This document shows positions 26,521 to 41,615 of a stretch of DNA of 64,000 bases, piece after piece. Below the pieces are notes generated by a model that had not been told where the DNA came from, ran no database searches, and saw nothing but the letters and a program-made list of their open reading frames with translations. The DNA is from Octopus vulgaris (taxonomy: Eukaryota), in the NCBI GenBank assembly GCA_951406725.2, contig OX597823.1, positions 79,856,001-79,920,000 on the forward strand. Direction: 5' to 3'. The position numbers and the translations under genes were made by a program. Position 1 is the first letter of the stretch. Each line of letters starts with the position of its first letter.

Positions 26521-27219
26521 ATATATTAACACATATATATTAATATATAAATATATATATATATATATATTAAACATCAGTTGAAAGTGGGGAAATGAGC
26601 AAATCAATTTCATTAATCCTTTAACTCCGCGAGTTAGCGTTAGCAGTTACATTTTCTGTCATATTATATCATTGGACGATTCAAAAACTCGCGATTATAT
26701 ATTTTTTTGTATTTAATGCTCACTAATTGGCACAAACAGCAATATTTTCACCCATAAACTGTGTTATTACCCGCTTTTACGACTTCCAGGGATAAAGTCT
26801 AGTCAAAGGATGTCGCGCCCTGCTAAAGCACACTCACAGCTTCAAAAGGTCATACTGGGTTCCCATTTCCCCGACTCTAAAATTTAATTAGAGAGCCTGC
26901 TTCTACAGAAATCCTTGTATCCATAGACTACCTCATAGAAAAATGTCAGCAATTTAACTGTCCACACACCGTTTTTTTCTTCCTAATATCTAAATGGTAG
27001 TATATACAGTATTTGTTGTCTTATGTTTATTATTACATTAAAATGTATTTAAAAAATACCCCGAATCAAATGGAGAGGACAGGAGACAGAGTGGTGTACG
27101 AAAGAGAGTTGGATACTAGTTTTCATTATGATTTCAAAATGGTGTTTGCCATGATGTTTTCATATGTATGTGCTTATATCCATGATGTTTTCATATGTAT
27201 GTGCATATATCTGTATGTT

Positions 27220-27428
27220 AAGGCGGCGAGCTGGCAGAGACGTTAGCACGCCGGGCGAAGTGCTTCGCGGTATTTCGCCCGTCGCTACGTTCTGAGTTCA
27301 AATTCCGCCTAAGTCGGGGTCGATAAACTAAGTACCAGTTACGCACTGGGGTCGATGTAATCGATTTAGTCCGTTTGTCTGTCCTTGTTTGTCCCCTCTA
27401 TGTTTAGCCTCTTGTGGGTAATAAATAA
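27220..27428 (+). mobile_element. SINE family B with internal deletion
   Basis: Head and young tail; TSD atatatctgtatgt. Confidence 0.9.
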
Positions 27429-27457
27429 ACATATATATATCTGTATGTAATGTATAC

Positions 27458-27501
<44 letters not shown>

Positions 27502-28719
27502 TGTATATATACCTATGAATCTATGCACCTATCTATCTGCTTACTTATCTATCTATCTGTCTATTTGTGTACGTGTGTGTGTGCGTGTGTGTGTGTGTGT
27601 GTGCGTGCGCGTCCTTAGAGATTAATGCGCAGTTTTCACTTATCCTCAACAATAAGAGAAACAGCCGAACAGCTAAATATTTACAGGTTTCTGTACACTG
27701 TTGTTAATATTCATGTGTTTTGTCTGTGTTTTTGCATATTTAGTTTTGTATGTATGCGTCTACATCAGTTCGTGTGTTCGTGTGTGTGTGTGTGTGCAAC
27801 CACAGCGCTTATCATTCATTTTGATTTTGACATCTCGATTCATATTTTGCTTTGATAGGTTAGCATTCTTGTCAAAAGGTTGCGATATTTTAAGGTGTGC
27901 ATCAAGTAGCAATACTTGTCAAAGAAAGAGAATGAAACAAGGTAGAAGAAATCGCGACTTCTTTCTTTGCATGGCTGATAGTTTATGGAATATACAAATT
28001 CATCTCTTTTTAAAGGTCGCCTCCATCATCAAAGTGAAAAACCGCCATTGAGCTGTAATAGTTTCAAAAGTAGACGAGGAAAACTAAATGTAAAAGAAAA
28101 TGAATGATGGACAGATATACGGACACACAGGAAGAAAAGATAAGAAGCAAACGTGTTGACGCTTGGTTTTACAAGTAACACCCACGAGTCTTTTACTATC
28201 AATAAAGTTTTCCATTAACTTAAAAGGAAACCTAATTTTTTTTTTCTCTCTCTCTCTCTTTCCTATTTCATAACCATGGAACAAGAATTCAATGCTTTCT
28301 ACAAGTAATTATTTGAAACGTTCAAGTAGCATAACAAATAATACACCGTCGTAGTGATTATCAACAGCAGCAACCCAGTGACAAAAAGATTATGAACCTT
28401 GATAAAAAAATCATGACGTCTTTTGATAACTTTTTTTCATGTAGGAGTGGAGATATTTTCGATCGGATTGTTCTATCTGTTTTGCTGACATTTATTTAAT
28501 CCATGCCAGAACGATGAAAGCCAAGCGTGATGAAAATTCCTATATAGTTCTCTATTTATCTAAGGCTTAGCAGAAATGCTTAGACCTTGCTTCTCTAATG
28601 AGTTATAATATGGCAGAAACATGTTCAGAGTTATCATCGTACTACAAAAGGTCAGACCTAGTTCGTCGCTGCATGTGATTTTGTTTTCTCACTACGGATA
28701 TTCTTATATTTTTTATGTT

Positions 28720-28923
28720 TTTTTTTACTTGTTTCAGTCATTAAATGGTTTTAGTTGCAGAAATCACTCCCAAGACTTATTCTTTGTAAGTCTAGAATTT
28801 ATTCCGTCGGTTTCATTTGATAAACCGCTGAGTTATGGGGACACAGACACACTTGCATTGGTTGTAAAGAGATGGCGGGGGGACGAACACAGACACAATA
28901 CACATAAATACACACACACACAC

Positions 28924-28967
<44 letters not shown>

Positions 28968-29062
28968 GACAGGCTTCTTTCAGTTTTCGTCTACCAAATC
29001 CACTCAGAAGGCTTTGGTCGGCCCGAGGCTATAGTTGAAAACACTTGCACAAGATGCCATGC
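28720..29062 (-). mobile_element. SINE family A, head missing
   Basis: Body, internal microsatellite and tail match. Confidence 0.82.
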
Positions 29063-29727
29063 CTAATTGAAATTAATTAAAATTTCTAAGCTCACTACAT
29101 TAACTAGCTTAGTACTCACTTTATATAAATAGCAAAAATCACATACTCTGATATTCTTTACCTTTAACTATCTTAAGATGCCGTGTCTGCTATCGGGAAA
29201 AATAATGGTTTAATGTGAAGATGCAAAATTCCAAATTGATCGAGAAAAGTAAAGAAGAATTTGCGAACTCTATACTTTAATATATTAGCGTCATTAGTGA
29301 AGGCGCGTGGCTTAGTGCTTAGAGTATTCGGTTCACGAATACTCTATTTTTCAGTCAAAGCCATCCCTATTTCCACTTAGACACGGAAATAAATTTGATT
29401 CACTTAGATAGAGTTGCCTGGATTAGAGTCCGTACTGCAAAACCCGAAACAACCAGTAATACCTGGCCAACATACTGACGATGAGTTCAAGTATTGCATT
29501 TATAGATATATGCAGAACTAAGATAGAATTTGCTGAATTTTATAAAGAAGAACGACTGTTCTTGCTTAGACAAAACCAGATGGAAACACAAGTGTTGCAA
29601 AGGCTCCTATATCAATAAATTGAATGTGTCATCAACACACAGCATCTTAAAAGGGGTGTTCTCCGAAAGCGGAATGCAATATGTTCACGTACAAATCTGC
29701 CGAAACGTATCAAGAATGAGTACGCAC

Positions 29728-29813
<86 letters not shown>

Positions 29814-30202
29814 CATATGCATACTTACATACATTGACTTAGAAAGGCAGACAGAGAGAGAAAGAGAGAGAGAGAGAGGAGACGAGTAGGATAAAGAGAG
29901 ACAGACAGAAAGAAGGTTGCATGCATATATATATATATGTATGCATGTTCATGTATAATGTTCGTGCGCGCATAGAATTTCGTTTTCTGAAAACAGCTTT
30001 GCTATATGATTAGCGAGCATGTCTGAGTGATTACATTATTTAAGAAAATATTCCACTTCATGAGAATTTAAGTGAATATTCCATACTAAATATCTGTTAC
30101 ACAACTCATGAATGGGAATTAACTTTTGATCTCAATTCTTAATTCAAGAATTGAATTTTGTAATACATACGTACATACGTACATACACACATACTTACAT
30201 CC

Positions 30203-30262
<60 letters not shown>

Positions 30263-30323
30263 CCATACATATATATACAGACATATAAATACATTTCCAT
30301 ATATATGTATATATATATATATA

Positions 30324-30371
<48 letters not shown>

Positions 30372-30396
30372 TACATGTATATTTATATGCAATATT

Positions 30397-30435
<39 letters not shown>

Positions 30436-30468
30436 TGTATATTTATATGTAATATTTATTATATATAC

Positions 30469-30498
<30 letters not shown>

Positions 30499-30500
<2 letters not shown>

Positions 30501-30807
30501 CACCGTGATCACCGTGACCGACCAGGCTATCAGATGTTGCTACACATCGCTGGTCACAATGCGTTTCGCATTGTTTTAGCCTTTAAATGATGCCACCCCG
30601 CTGGCTAAGCGAGCAGGCCAACAGAAGAAAGAGTGAGAGAAAATTGCGGCGAAAGAGTACAGCAGGGATTGCCACCACCCCCTGCCGGAGCCTCGTGGAG
30701 CTTTAGGTGTTTTCGCTCAATAAACACTCACAATGCCTAGTCTAGGAATCGAAACCGTGATCCTATGACCGCGAGTCCGCTGCCCTAACCACTGGGCCAT
30801 TGCGCCT

Positions 30808-30811
<4 letters not shown>
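30499..30811 (-). mobile_element. SINE family D (tRNA-Arg-like head; resembles octopus OR-type SINEs)
   Basis: Minus strand GTGGAGGCGCAATGGCCCAGTGGTTAGGGCAGCGGACTCGCGG...GGTTTCGATTCC; tail ends in repeated CACGGTGAT. Confidence 0.88.
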
Positions 30812-30890
<79 letters not shown>

Positions 30891-30901
30891 GAGAGAGAGA
30901 G

Positions 30902-30940
<39 letters not shown>

Positions 30941-31547
30941 CAGATGAAAGCATGTATGTACTTACGCTGGCATATGTGTGTATATGTGTTTAAGAGACAT
31001 GTTTCAAATGGAGTAACAATGTAATAATTATCTACCTTCCTCCGGATGCTAATGCGTCTGATTTGTAATGTTTATATAAATATACATTTAAAATGCTTAT
31101 ATTATGATTAAACAAATAATGATTATGTTAAAACGAAACATATACGACTTAATTCTCAATGAATGCGGCGCCAATAATTTCTTATCCGTGTATTTGGAGT
31201 GAATATACATTAGTAGCAACACTTGAAAAGGAAATCAACATGATAGAAACAGAAAAATAGAAAACAAATATGAGATTAGTGTTTATATTTTGCTGATTTA
31301 AGAAAATTAATAGAAAACAAATGAATTGCAAATGAGGTGATTGAAAAATGCATTATGATAAATATAATCGATTGTGTAATTAAATGTATCGTCTGCTACG
31401 ATGAGAGGAAGTAAGACAGTGAACCGACAGAACCGTTGGTGCATTGGACGAGATGCTTAGAGACTTTTCTCTTTGCTTTTTATGTCCTGAGTTCAAATGC
31501 CGCCGAAGTTAACTTTGCGCTATCTATTCAGTATCGATAAAATATTC

Positions 31548-31943
31548 ATTTCTACAATAAACACAAGGCTTGAAATTTTGTGGGAGGGGCTAGTCGATTG
31601 CATCAACCCCAGAGCGTAACTGGTACTTATTTCATCAACCCCGAAAGGATGGAAGGCAAAGTCGATCTCGGTGGAATTTGAACTCAGAATGTATGAACGA
31701 AAGAAATACCTATTTCTTTGCTACCCACAAGGGGCTAAACACAGAGAGGACAAACAAGGACAGACAAACGGATTAAGTCGATTATATCGACTCCAGTGCG
31801 TAACTGGTATTTATTTAATCGACCCCGAAAGGATGAAAGGCAAAGTCGACCTCGACGGAATTTGAACTCAGAACGTAGCGGCAGACGAAATACTGCTAAG
31901 CATTTCGCCCGGCGTGCTAACGTTTCTGCCAGCTCGCCGCCTT
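31548..31943 (-). mobile_element. SINE B dimer (young unit plus old-tail unit) inserted in an older + strand B copy
   Basis: Junction at ~31710; TSD atcgataaaata 31533-31544/31947-31958; host B at ~31410-31545 and 31947-32005. Confidence 0.88.
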
Positions 31944-32004
31944 AGGATCGATAAAATAATACCAGCTGTGCATCGACTAAACGCTCCATCTAAAATTTCA
32001 GGCA

Positions 32005-32460
32005 TAGTATGAAGAGCGATAAATGCGTACCGCACGCTCTCGTGCAGTGTCTGAGTATTGCTGGCATCTGGAGTTATGTCGAACAGTTTTTATTGCGTGT
32101 GGGACAAATCCGATTGTCAGCTGAATCCATCGCGAAGATCACCTCACCATCCATATTTAACAAGGCGGGACAAGCGGTATTCTTTATCGAGTAGCTATGG
32201 AGAAAGAGGTTGTGTGATGGACAGTGTTGAACAGATTTAGGAAAAACAACTTTCTCTTTGGTCAAGGCCTCATGGACTTTTTCCATCTTAGTGAACTTTT
32301 TAAAAAATGGGTGATTGACAAAAATGGTCTAGATGAATGGCCCTGCTCTAATGGTAATCCATGGTAATCCGAGGAATGCAAATGGAAGAACGAGCTCGTT
32401 TGTGGAAGTCAGGGTACAATTAGATTTGAGGAGTTTCTTGATTGGAGCTAGACGGCAGGC
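32005..32460 (+). pseudogene. Tx1/L1-like LINE C-terminal zinc-knuckle fragment
   Basis: KSDKCVPHALVQC.SIAGIW resembles the E..xH...C....W half of the CCHC knuckle; frameshifted. Confidence 0.6.
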
Positions 32461-32594
32461 ATTTTATTAAAATTATTTTTTATATATGTGTATACTGTAT
32501 ATATTATCACCTTCTTCTTATCGCTTTATTCTATTTTTATGCAAGCCGAACATATTTTTGTAACATATTTTCCTAATAACTCCTCTTCGTCACC

Positions 32595-33045
32595 TTTGAG
32601 GGAGCACTACAAGCACAGAAGTGCGGCCACACATGAGTGGCCGGGAGGCTTGCAGAGCGACGAAAGCGTACTACACGAACTCTTGTGTAGTGTTCGAGTT
32701 CCAATGACTTGTGGATTTATGTCGAACGACTGTGGCCGCGTGTAGGACCGATCCGGATACAGGCCGAGTCCGTCGTGGGCATCTCCCCACCAGCCGCTTC
32801 TAGCAAGGCTGGTTAGGCAGTGTTCCTCTGTCTAGTGGCTATGGGGAAAAATTTTGAGTGGTGGACGAGGCTGAAAGAGTTGAGGAAAGACACCTTCCTC
32901 TTCGGTCAAGCCTTCATCGACTTTTTAACTTCCACTAGAAAGAGGGAAATGCTTAAACCAAGCGAATTCTTCAAAAGCTGAGTGACTGGGGTAAAAATGG
33001 TTAGTGTGAAGACAAATACTCTAAGCATGCACCTGTAGACTGATG
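32595..33045 (+). pseudogene. Second, diverged Tx1/L1-like 3' fragment
   Basis: LQSDESVLH...; collinear with 32005-32340 (ttatgtcgaac, caaggc.gg, gctatgg, ggtcaag, aaaaatgg blocks). Confidence 0.6.
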
Positions 33046-33340
33046 AATAACAATTAGGCGAGGACATAGGTTACTTGTGGGTCAGGGTGATCTAAAATCG
33101 GAGGGGTCCTTCATTGGTGCTAATATGAGGCACTCCTGTACCAGAACTGCATCATCCACATGTTCACATTGTTTGTACACAAAGTGTATTTTTTACCCAC
33201 ATCCTCAATTTCATCTCCCTTTCATTCCTTCATATGTTTTAGGTAAACACCCACACAAATTCTAAACTGTTCTTGTAATGCAGGATGACAGTGCTAAGCA
33301 ATGATGTGTATAAATAAAAATTGTTACCATTTCAAAAATG

Positions 33341-33689
33341 CCTAAGGCACATTTGAACCCGTAGGAAAGTCATTCGCTGTATTTTGCCATGGAGAAAATT
33401 TCTCGCTGTTGTTAAACGGGTGTAGATACACCGAATTAGCTTACATTGAACAATGGAGAGAATATCATAAGAGGAACCTGTCTCTCTCATCAGTTCGCAG
33501 CATGAGTCTTTCCGGTATCTGTGACTGAAGACGAGATAGCCATTCCGGAATGCATGCATCCCATAGTTTGGTTAGGGGCTGCTGTGAGCTGACATGGCGT
33601 ATTTGCTTACGGGGCGAAATTTTTTTCATAACAAAAATAGAGTGAATAGCTTTCTTAAGAGTTCGAATATACCTAATGCACATTTGAAC
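33341..33689 (+). mobile_element. Old fold-back element with decayed hammerhead
   Basis: Inverted arms 33351-33402/33616-33668; 18-bp direct repeat cctaa(g/t)gcacatttgaac 33341-33358/33672-33689. Confidence 0.6.
33519..33566 (+). ncRNA. Degenerate type I hammerhead ribozyme
   Basis: Stem I ctgtga/ccatag; CTGAAGA 33525-33531; GGAA in place of GAAA; palindromic ATGCATGCAT; ATC triplet; stem II poorly paired. Confidence 0.55.
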
Positions 33690-33761
33690 ACTGATAACAA
33701 GTTTGTATGTTCTCGTAATAATGGTCTCACATATTATTCGCTCCTGGGACAAATAAAATAA

Positions 33762-33900
33762 ATCATCATCATCATCATCATCGTCATCAACATCATCATC
33801 ATCATCATCATCATCATCAACATCATCCTTATCATCATCACTACCACCACCACCACCACTGTATCATCATCATTATCATCATCGTCAGAATCATCATCAT
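33762..33900. repeat. (CAT)n/(CAC)n microsatellite
   Basis: Direct reading. Confidence 0.92.
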
Positions 33901-34339
33901 TCGCATTGTCAGACGATTGAATGTCAGTAAAATATACGCTAATTCCTTCCAGGTTCTTATTTAAGTGTACTTAGAGGACTAATGTTGCAGGAGAATTTTA
34001 CTTCATTTGTTTTTGCTCTTTTATTTCACAACACAATATGAAAGATCGTTGCAAGTACAAGGTGTCAACCGTCACAGCCAGCTACATTTGTACAAATTTA
34101 CTTCTGTAATGACAATTTCCGGTGCAGATGAATTTTTACCGCATGTTGTTCGAAATGATGGAATTTAATACCATTCTTTTAGTCACACTGAAGAGACCAA
34201 ATCGGAACCTATTATACTAAACAAACCATTCACACTACACACATGCACACACACTCGCACACACACGCACACATATACACGTACACGCACAAGCACACAC
34301 GCAAACACACACATTCATATATATATATATGTAGGTATG

Positions 34340-35103
<764 letters not shown>

Positions 35104-35105
35104 TG

Positions 35106-35136
<31 letters not shown>

Positions 35137-35599
35137 GTATGTATGTATGTATGTATATATACATATATATATTCATATATATACAACTATATATAAATGG
35201 GAAAGTGAGATATAGACAGATATACACACATGTGTGTGTGTATAAAAAAATATATATTCATATATATGTATATATATATATATATATATATACGTATATT
35301 TATATATTTATATATATATATATCTATGTATATTGTCGTCTACTTAAGCTTGCATGACTATCACATACACACATACACACACATGTAAAATGAGAGGGAA
35401 AGAAAGAGAGAGAGAAATAAAGATAGTTAGTGTAGTTAGAATGCAGTTTGTAACGCCCACGTTGTGTAAATTAAACAAATGTGCATACGTTCTGTTATTC
35501 TCTTTGCACACGGGAAAATATATCATTAATACAGTGCAAGATTCCCTGCTGCGTGTGTATTAAAACTTTCATATGCTCACACGTGATCCATATCCTGTA

Positions 35600-36350
35600 A
35601 ACTTTCAGATGCGTTTCATGGAAATTCATCCGTAATTCTTTAGTGAAACTGTTCGTTATTTGTTGTTTGCAGAGTAAGATCGTATTGGTCTATGCAACAA
35701 AACGATGATCTTCAACATATGCAATTCTTCAAATTGGTGACGTCTATGTTTAATCAATCCATTAGACTATGGAGTAGTTTTGTCAATCGTATTCCAATTT
35801 ATTACTGGCTAATTTTTCCAGTATCTCCAAATAAATCGGGACACAAAAGTGGGGTTTTCCCTGTACAAGGACCATAAGGAACACGAATGTTGATTGTAAC
35901 ATTCTTTGAAGTTGTTAATGGTGAAACCGCTCTTTCTTCTGAGAGCAACTGATGCTCAATAGATTACTTATTGAGTGAAGAAGCGATTTCGACTGTCGGA
36001 TGGGAGATCTGTAGGCGTGTTTTCTGATTGCAGTGCTTGACGGTCGAAACGATATTGTCTAGGAAAGCTTATCTAATCTTAACATAGCGTTCATTAAAGA
36101 GCACTTTTGTGTGTTTTGGGGAAGTGGTGCCTTACAAGAAAATGAGAAATTCCTGGTTGTAGTCATAAAACATGACAAAAGAATCCAGCTGGATTACTTT
36201 GTTCTTTTAACTTCCTCTGATTTGGGCTGTTCTCAAACAAAGTCTGGGACCAGTTGCTTGCAAAACAGTGGACTCCTATAAAAGCTCGAAAAGACAAGGT
36301 GGTGATGATAGATCGAGCTCCGGCAGATTAGATATCTATAAAAAGCGGAG
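35600..36350 (-). pseudogene. Possible highly decayed Gypsy-type integrase
   Basis: Minus-strand frames give KVLFNERYV...TVKHCNQK then TTP*SNGLIKHRRHQF, resembling the HHCC region and HPQSNG.xERxHR in the right order. Confidence 0.33.
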
Positions 36351-37489
36351 ACAGAATGAAACATTTAAATATTGCTATTATAAAATAATAAAAATTATTT
36401 GCTCACTTACCATCGTATAGAACATACATACAGTTTTATTTTCATCGTCTCCATTCGGACAGTCGGACATACCATCACATAACTGTGTATCATCAATGCA
36501 TGTTGTTTCTTCATTTTCGTTATATACCGGACAAGCAAGTCGAAAACTGGAATCTATCTTTTTGCATGCTGTAAATAAAGTAGAAATAAAGAAATTTCGT
36601 TTATACGTTTTTCTCTTTTTATTTTCAAAGGTTCATTTTATGTTTTATCTTTTAACATTTAACAATTTTTTTTCAGAAATTCTTATCGCCATTATGCTTG
36701 TTAAAAGACCTACAATATATTAGCGTTAGTAGAAGATGGTAGAGAAAAATTGTTTTTCGATTATAAACATTAACTTGAATTATACACCTTATAAAGAGCG
36801 AATTCCAGACAAAAGAATCTGCCAAAGAAAATCGAACAAGACATCTGTCTTTATCCAGACGATCGTACAAAATTTTAGAACAAAACGACTAGACACGTTT
36901 TATTTACTCAAATTAGTGCTCACAAAGGGTCAGTAGCTATCTTGCTTATATATGTCTTGCCCGCCACAGAAGAATCTTCGATATTTCATGGCTCTTAGTC
37001 CTAAGCTACACAAAGATTATTTCATGTTTTTTTTTTTTTCTTTTCTCTCTTATCTGTTACATTTTATGTAATCCTTCAGAATCCACTAAGTTGATGCCTC
37101 TCTCCCATTTCCAAACTGTTATACGGGCGAAGGACAATTATCCTAATATACAGCTTACCAAACTGTAAAGTAGCATTGTCACTCTGTAGTGCAGTCTAAC
37201 AAAGCCCAAGGCAATTTTCTCAAGGTCGTGGATACTTGAGAGTAGCGTACTGTACCTGTCAGAGCAGCCTGTTGTACCTATCAGAGTAGTATGTTGTACT
37301 TATTTTCTGTTGGTGGACTACGTCATTGACGAATTGAGCGTTATGACCATCAATGCATACTTCGTTATATGTATCAGTTACAGAGTATGAGCAGTTGATC
37401 TCAACATCCCTGCTCAAGGGTGATTAGTGTTCTTGTTATTCATATTTGTCGCCTACAATTCTTTTTATCGCTTGTTTAACAATTAGGTT

Positions 37490-37690
37490 AAAGCAGCGAG
37501 CTGGTAGATTTGTTAGCGAGTCGGACGAAATGCTTAGCAGCGTTTCTTCTGACTCTTTACATTTTGGCTTTAAATTCCGCCGAAGGCGACTTTGCCTTTC
37601 GTCATTTCTGGACTGATAAAATAAGTACCATTTCATTGATATATTCGACTTGAAATTACTGAATTTATGCCATAATTAGAAACGATTTTA
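37490..37690 (+). mobile_element. SINE family B, old diverged
   Basis: gcagcgagctgg head, aaattccgccga..gactttgcctttc core. Confidence 0.72.
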
Positions 37691-38285
37691 CAGTCAAGCT
37701 GATAGATCAATTAGGAATTAGGTATCGTAAACAGAGTCACAGTACAGCTCGGATAATGGGCTAAAATCAAGTAGAAAGAACGAAGCATTCAGATTCTCTC
37801 AGTTTTAACTCTCTATACAATTACTGACTCTCGGAGTAATGCTTTATACTATAATTCACTTCGTGATACTAGAATTCTTATCTCAACAGTAATGCGATCA
37901 TTCATTAATTTTATTCCATCATTTTATTTTATATTTAATGCATGTTTTTAACTTTATCAAATGCCGACACATCGCACATCAACTGCGTCTGGAATTAATT
38001 ATCAATTTAATTTCATGCTTATTTAAATTTTACATTTATCGCGTTCTTTCCCATTTAAACGTTACTATCTTTTTGAAACAGTTATTACAATGACATGCAA
38101 TTGACAACAAGAGCAGCGGCACAAATCGTAAACCTGGTAATTAATTATAGTTGTTTTAAAAGGAATTTAATTCCATATATGTGCTTTTTTTTTTGGTCCT
38201 TCAGAAAGAACTAGCATGGTTTCATTTTTGTGCAGGCTTTCAGTTACGTATGCATATTGTGTGCGTGTGTGAGTGTATGGATTGC

Positions 38286-38318
<33 letters not shown>

Positions 38319-38956
38319 TGTACATGCATGCATAGATACATACGTATGTCTATATATGCATAAGCACACACACATACACACACACACATATATATATATA
38401 TCTACTTACATATTCTTAGATTAATATATACACATATGCATAATTATACACCCATATATTTACACATATATACACATGCACACATGTGTTACATTAAAAT
38501 TACTTTTTACACATGAACATATGCTTCGTTCAGTAAGAGCTTGTCAAACAAATGAGACATTTGGTTGAGTTGATGCATTTCATAGACAAAAATTTATGGT
38601 CTGCGAGCACACAGACACACACAGACACACAGACACACAGACAAACAGATAGACACACACACATACACACTCATAATCGGTGATAAAATTCTAGTGCAAG
38701 CGTGAGATAGATAACCACCAAATAGTGCTCAGTGGGAGCAGATTCTTAAACTCCAATTTTGTCATCATGGTAAAGCAGCCGATAGAAGCGGAATGTATAT
38801 GAAAGAAGAATTATGAACAAAGAATATCAGATTAAAGGAATAATTTCAATGAAATACGAATTACCAGCTTACACCAGGTATATTGCATATGTAGGTTTTC
38901 ATATGAATACATTCCTTACATCTCTTATTGATTATTTGTCCGTTTTTTCTATATAA

Positions 38957-39341
38957 GCGCAGGAGTGGATGTGTGGTAAGTAGCTTGCTTACCAACAACA
39001 TGGTTCCGGGTTCAGTCTCACTGCGTGGCACCTTGGGCAAGTGTCTTCTACTATAGCCTCGGGCCGACCAAAGCCTTGTGAGTGGATTTGGTAGATGGAA
39101 ACTGAAAGAAGCCCGTCGCATATATGTATATATATATGCGTGTGTCTGTGTTTGTCCCCCTTAGCATTGCTTGTCAACTGATGCTGGTGTGTTTATGTCC
39201 CCGTTACTTAGCGGTTCGGCAAAAGAGACCGATAGAATAAGTACTGGGCTTACAAAAGAATAAGTCCCGGGGTCGAGTTGCTCGATTAAAGGCGGTGCTC
39301 CAGCATGGCCGCAGTCAAATGACTGAAACAAGTAAAAGAGT
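38957..39341 (+). mobile_element. SINE family A, young
   Basis: Full length. Confidence 0.94.
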
Positions 39342-39384
39342 ATGCCTATATATGTGTGCATGTGAGTTTATATATATATATGTA

Positions 39385-39980
39385 TGAATGCCTGCATGCA
39401 TACATGTATGTATGTATGTATGTATGTATGTATGTATGTATGTATGTATGTATGCATGTATGCATATATGTATGAATGTATGCGTGTAGGTATGTTTGTA
39501 TGTCTACATGCATGGATCTATGTCTGCATGTATGTATTTATGCATGTATATATGTATGCAAAAATGTATGCATATATGTATGTATTCATGTAGGTATCTA
39601 CATATATGTCTACATGCATGTATGTATTTGTGTGCATGTATCTATGCATGTTTGTATATATGCATGTATGTATGTCTACATGTATGCATATATGCATTTA
39701 TGTATGCATGTAGTTATGTATGTATGTCTACATGTATGTATGCCTACATATGTGTATGTATGTCTGCTTATATGTACGCATGTATATATATGTATATATA
39801 TACATGTATGTATGTATCTATGTGTGTATGCATGTATCTATGCTTGTTTGTATGTATGTATGTCTGCATGCATGCATCTATGCATGTTTGTATGTATGCA
39901 TATATGTATGTTTGCATGGATGAATATATGTATACATACATGCATGAATGTATGTATGCATTCATATCTGTACATATATA
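39385..39980. repeat. Degenerate (TATG)n low-complexity tract
   Basis: TATG/CATG variants with recurring gtctacatg. Confidence 0.9.
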
Positions 39981-40067
39981 AAGCTCAATCAACAGAAGAA
40001 GTCTAAAACCTACTAAAATAGGAAAAGAATAAAGGCTACATCAACATTTAGGAGGCAAAAATATGTA

Positions 40068-40395
<328 letters not shown>

Positions 40396-40813
40396 AGAAA
40401 TAATCAAAAGAGTTGAATTAGGAACGATATTCTTCAAACCGATCAGAAAACAGACGCATTCTAATTAAAATCTATTTCAGCATTCTCTGTTGTGTCTCTG
40501 AAATCGATCAGGAGAAAGCGAACCGAAATTTGGAGACAAATGATGGTTGAAATTTAATTACTTGTTTGCTTGTAATGAATCAAGTTACCAGTTTATTAAT
40601 TTTGAGAGAAGAACGACAGCTATAACAAACAAGTTCATTTGTGTAGCATGCTTGAGAAATCCAATGGTTCACTTGATAAAGAAAAAAGCTAACCCTTTTA
40701 TATTGATAGTGCGTGTCAATCAACCGACAGATCGGTAATTATTATTGATTAGTACTGGACCCGAGCTGTGTTCATGAATATGTCATATCGATGAATGAAG
40801 GTGTACAAGCATG

Positions 40814-40876
<63 letters not shown>

Positions 40877-41403
40877 TAAATTTGCAATGCTGAGTTGAAG
40901 AATTTCTAAGTCGTCTTGGTACTTTCCTTAATGTCATTGAGCCTGGAATCTTATTCTGATCACTCATTCCGTGTGATGACAGTATATGTCAGCTCATACA
41001 AATATGTCGGCTAAGAAGAATCTTGCAGTTACGTATACACATGCACTTACACACGCATACATACGCTTGTACATATGCATATGTGTAGAAATACATTTTA
41101 AACGATTTTGTATGACGTATTTATGTAAATTGTTATTTGATGTAATTTTAGATAGTACACTGTACATCTTTACGTAACTAGTACACAGTATTATCGTCAG
41201 ACACAAATGCAACCTTACACGTATGCACGCAGGCAAACATTCACATACAAACATTCAAACATTTTCACGCATACGTAATACAAACCAATAGTATACCATA
41301 ACATATCTCTACACACATATACACACATGTATATAGACACATACATACATATACATGTGTGTATATATATATATACATACATATACATGTGTGTATATAT
41401 ATA

Positions 41404-41615
41404 TGAAAACGGAGAAGTTTCAATTGAGGATCTTATTACTTTTATTACTATTCTTTTTTTTTTTTGGCATTTTCTTTAATGTATTAAATTTCGAATTGAT
41501 GATATATATATATATATATATATGAAAACGGAGAAGTTTCAATTGAGGATCTTATTACTTTTGTTACTATTTTTTTTTGGCATTTTCTTTAATGTATTAA
41601 ATTTCGAATTGATGA
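41404..41615. repeat. Local tandem duplication of ~95-100 bp
   Basis: 41404-41502 and 41523-41615 near identical, each preceded by (TA)n. Confidence 0.92.

Noticed and set aside
29440-29530. GAAAC..GTA..CTGACGA as a type II hammerhead
   Set aside because: Stems I and III do not pair
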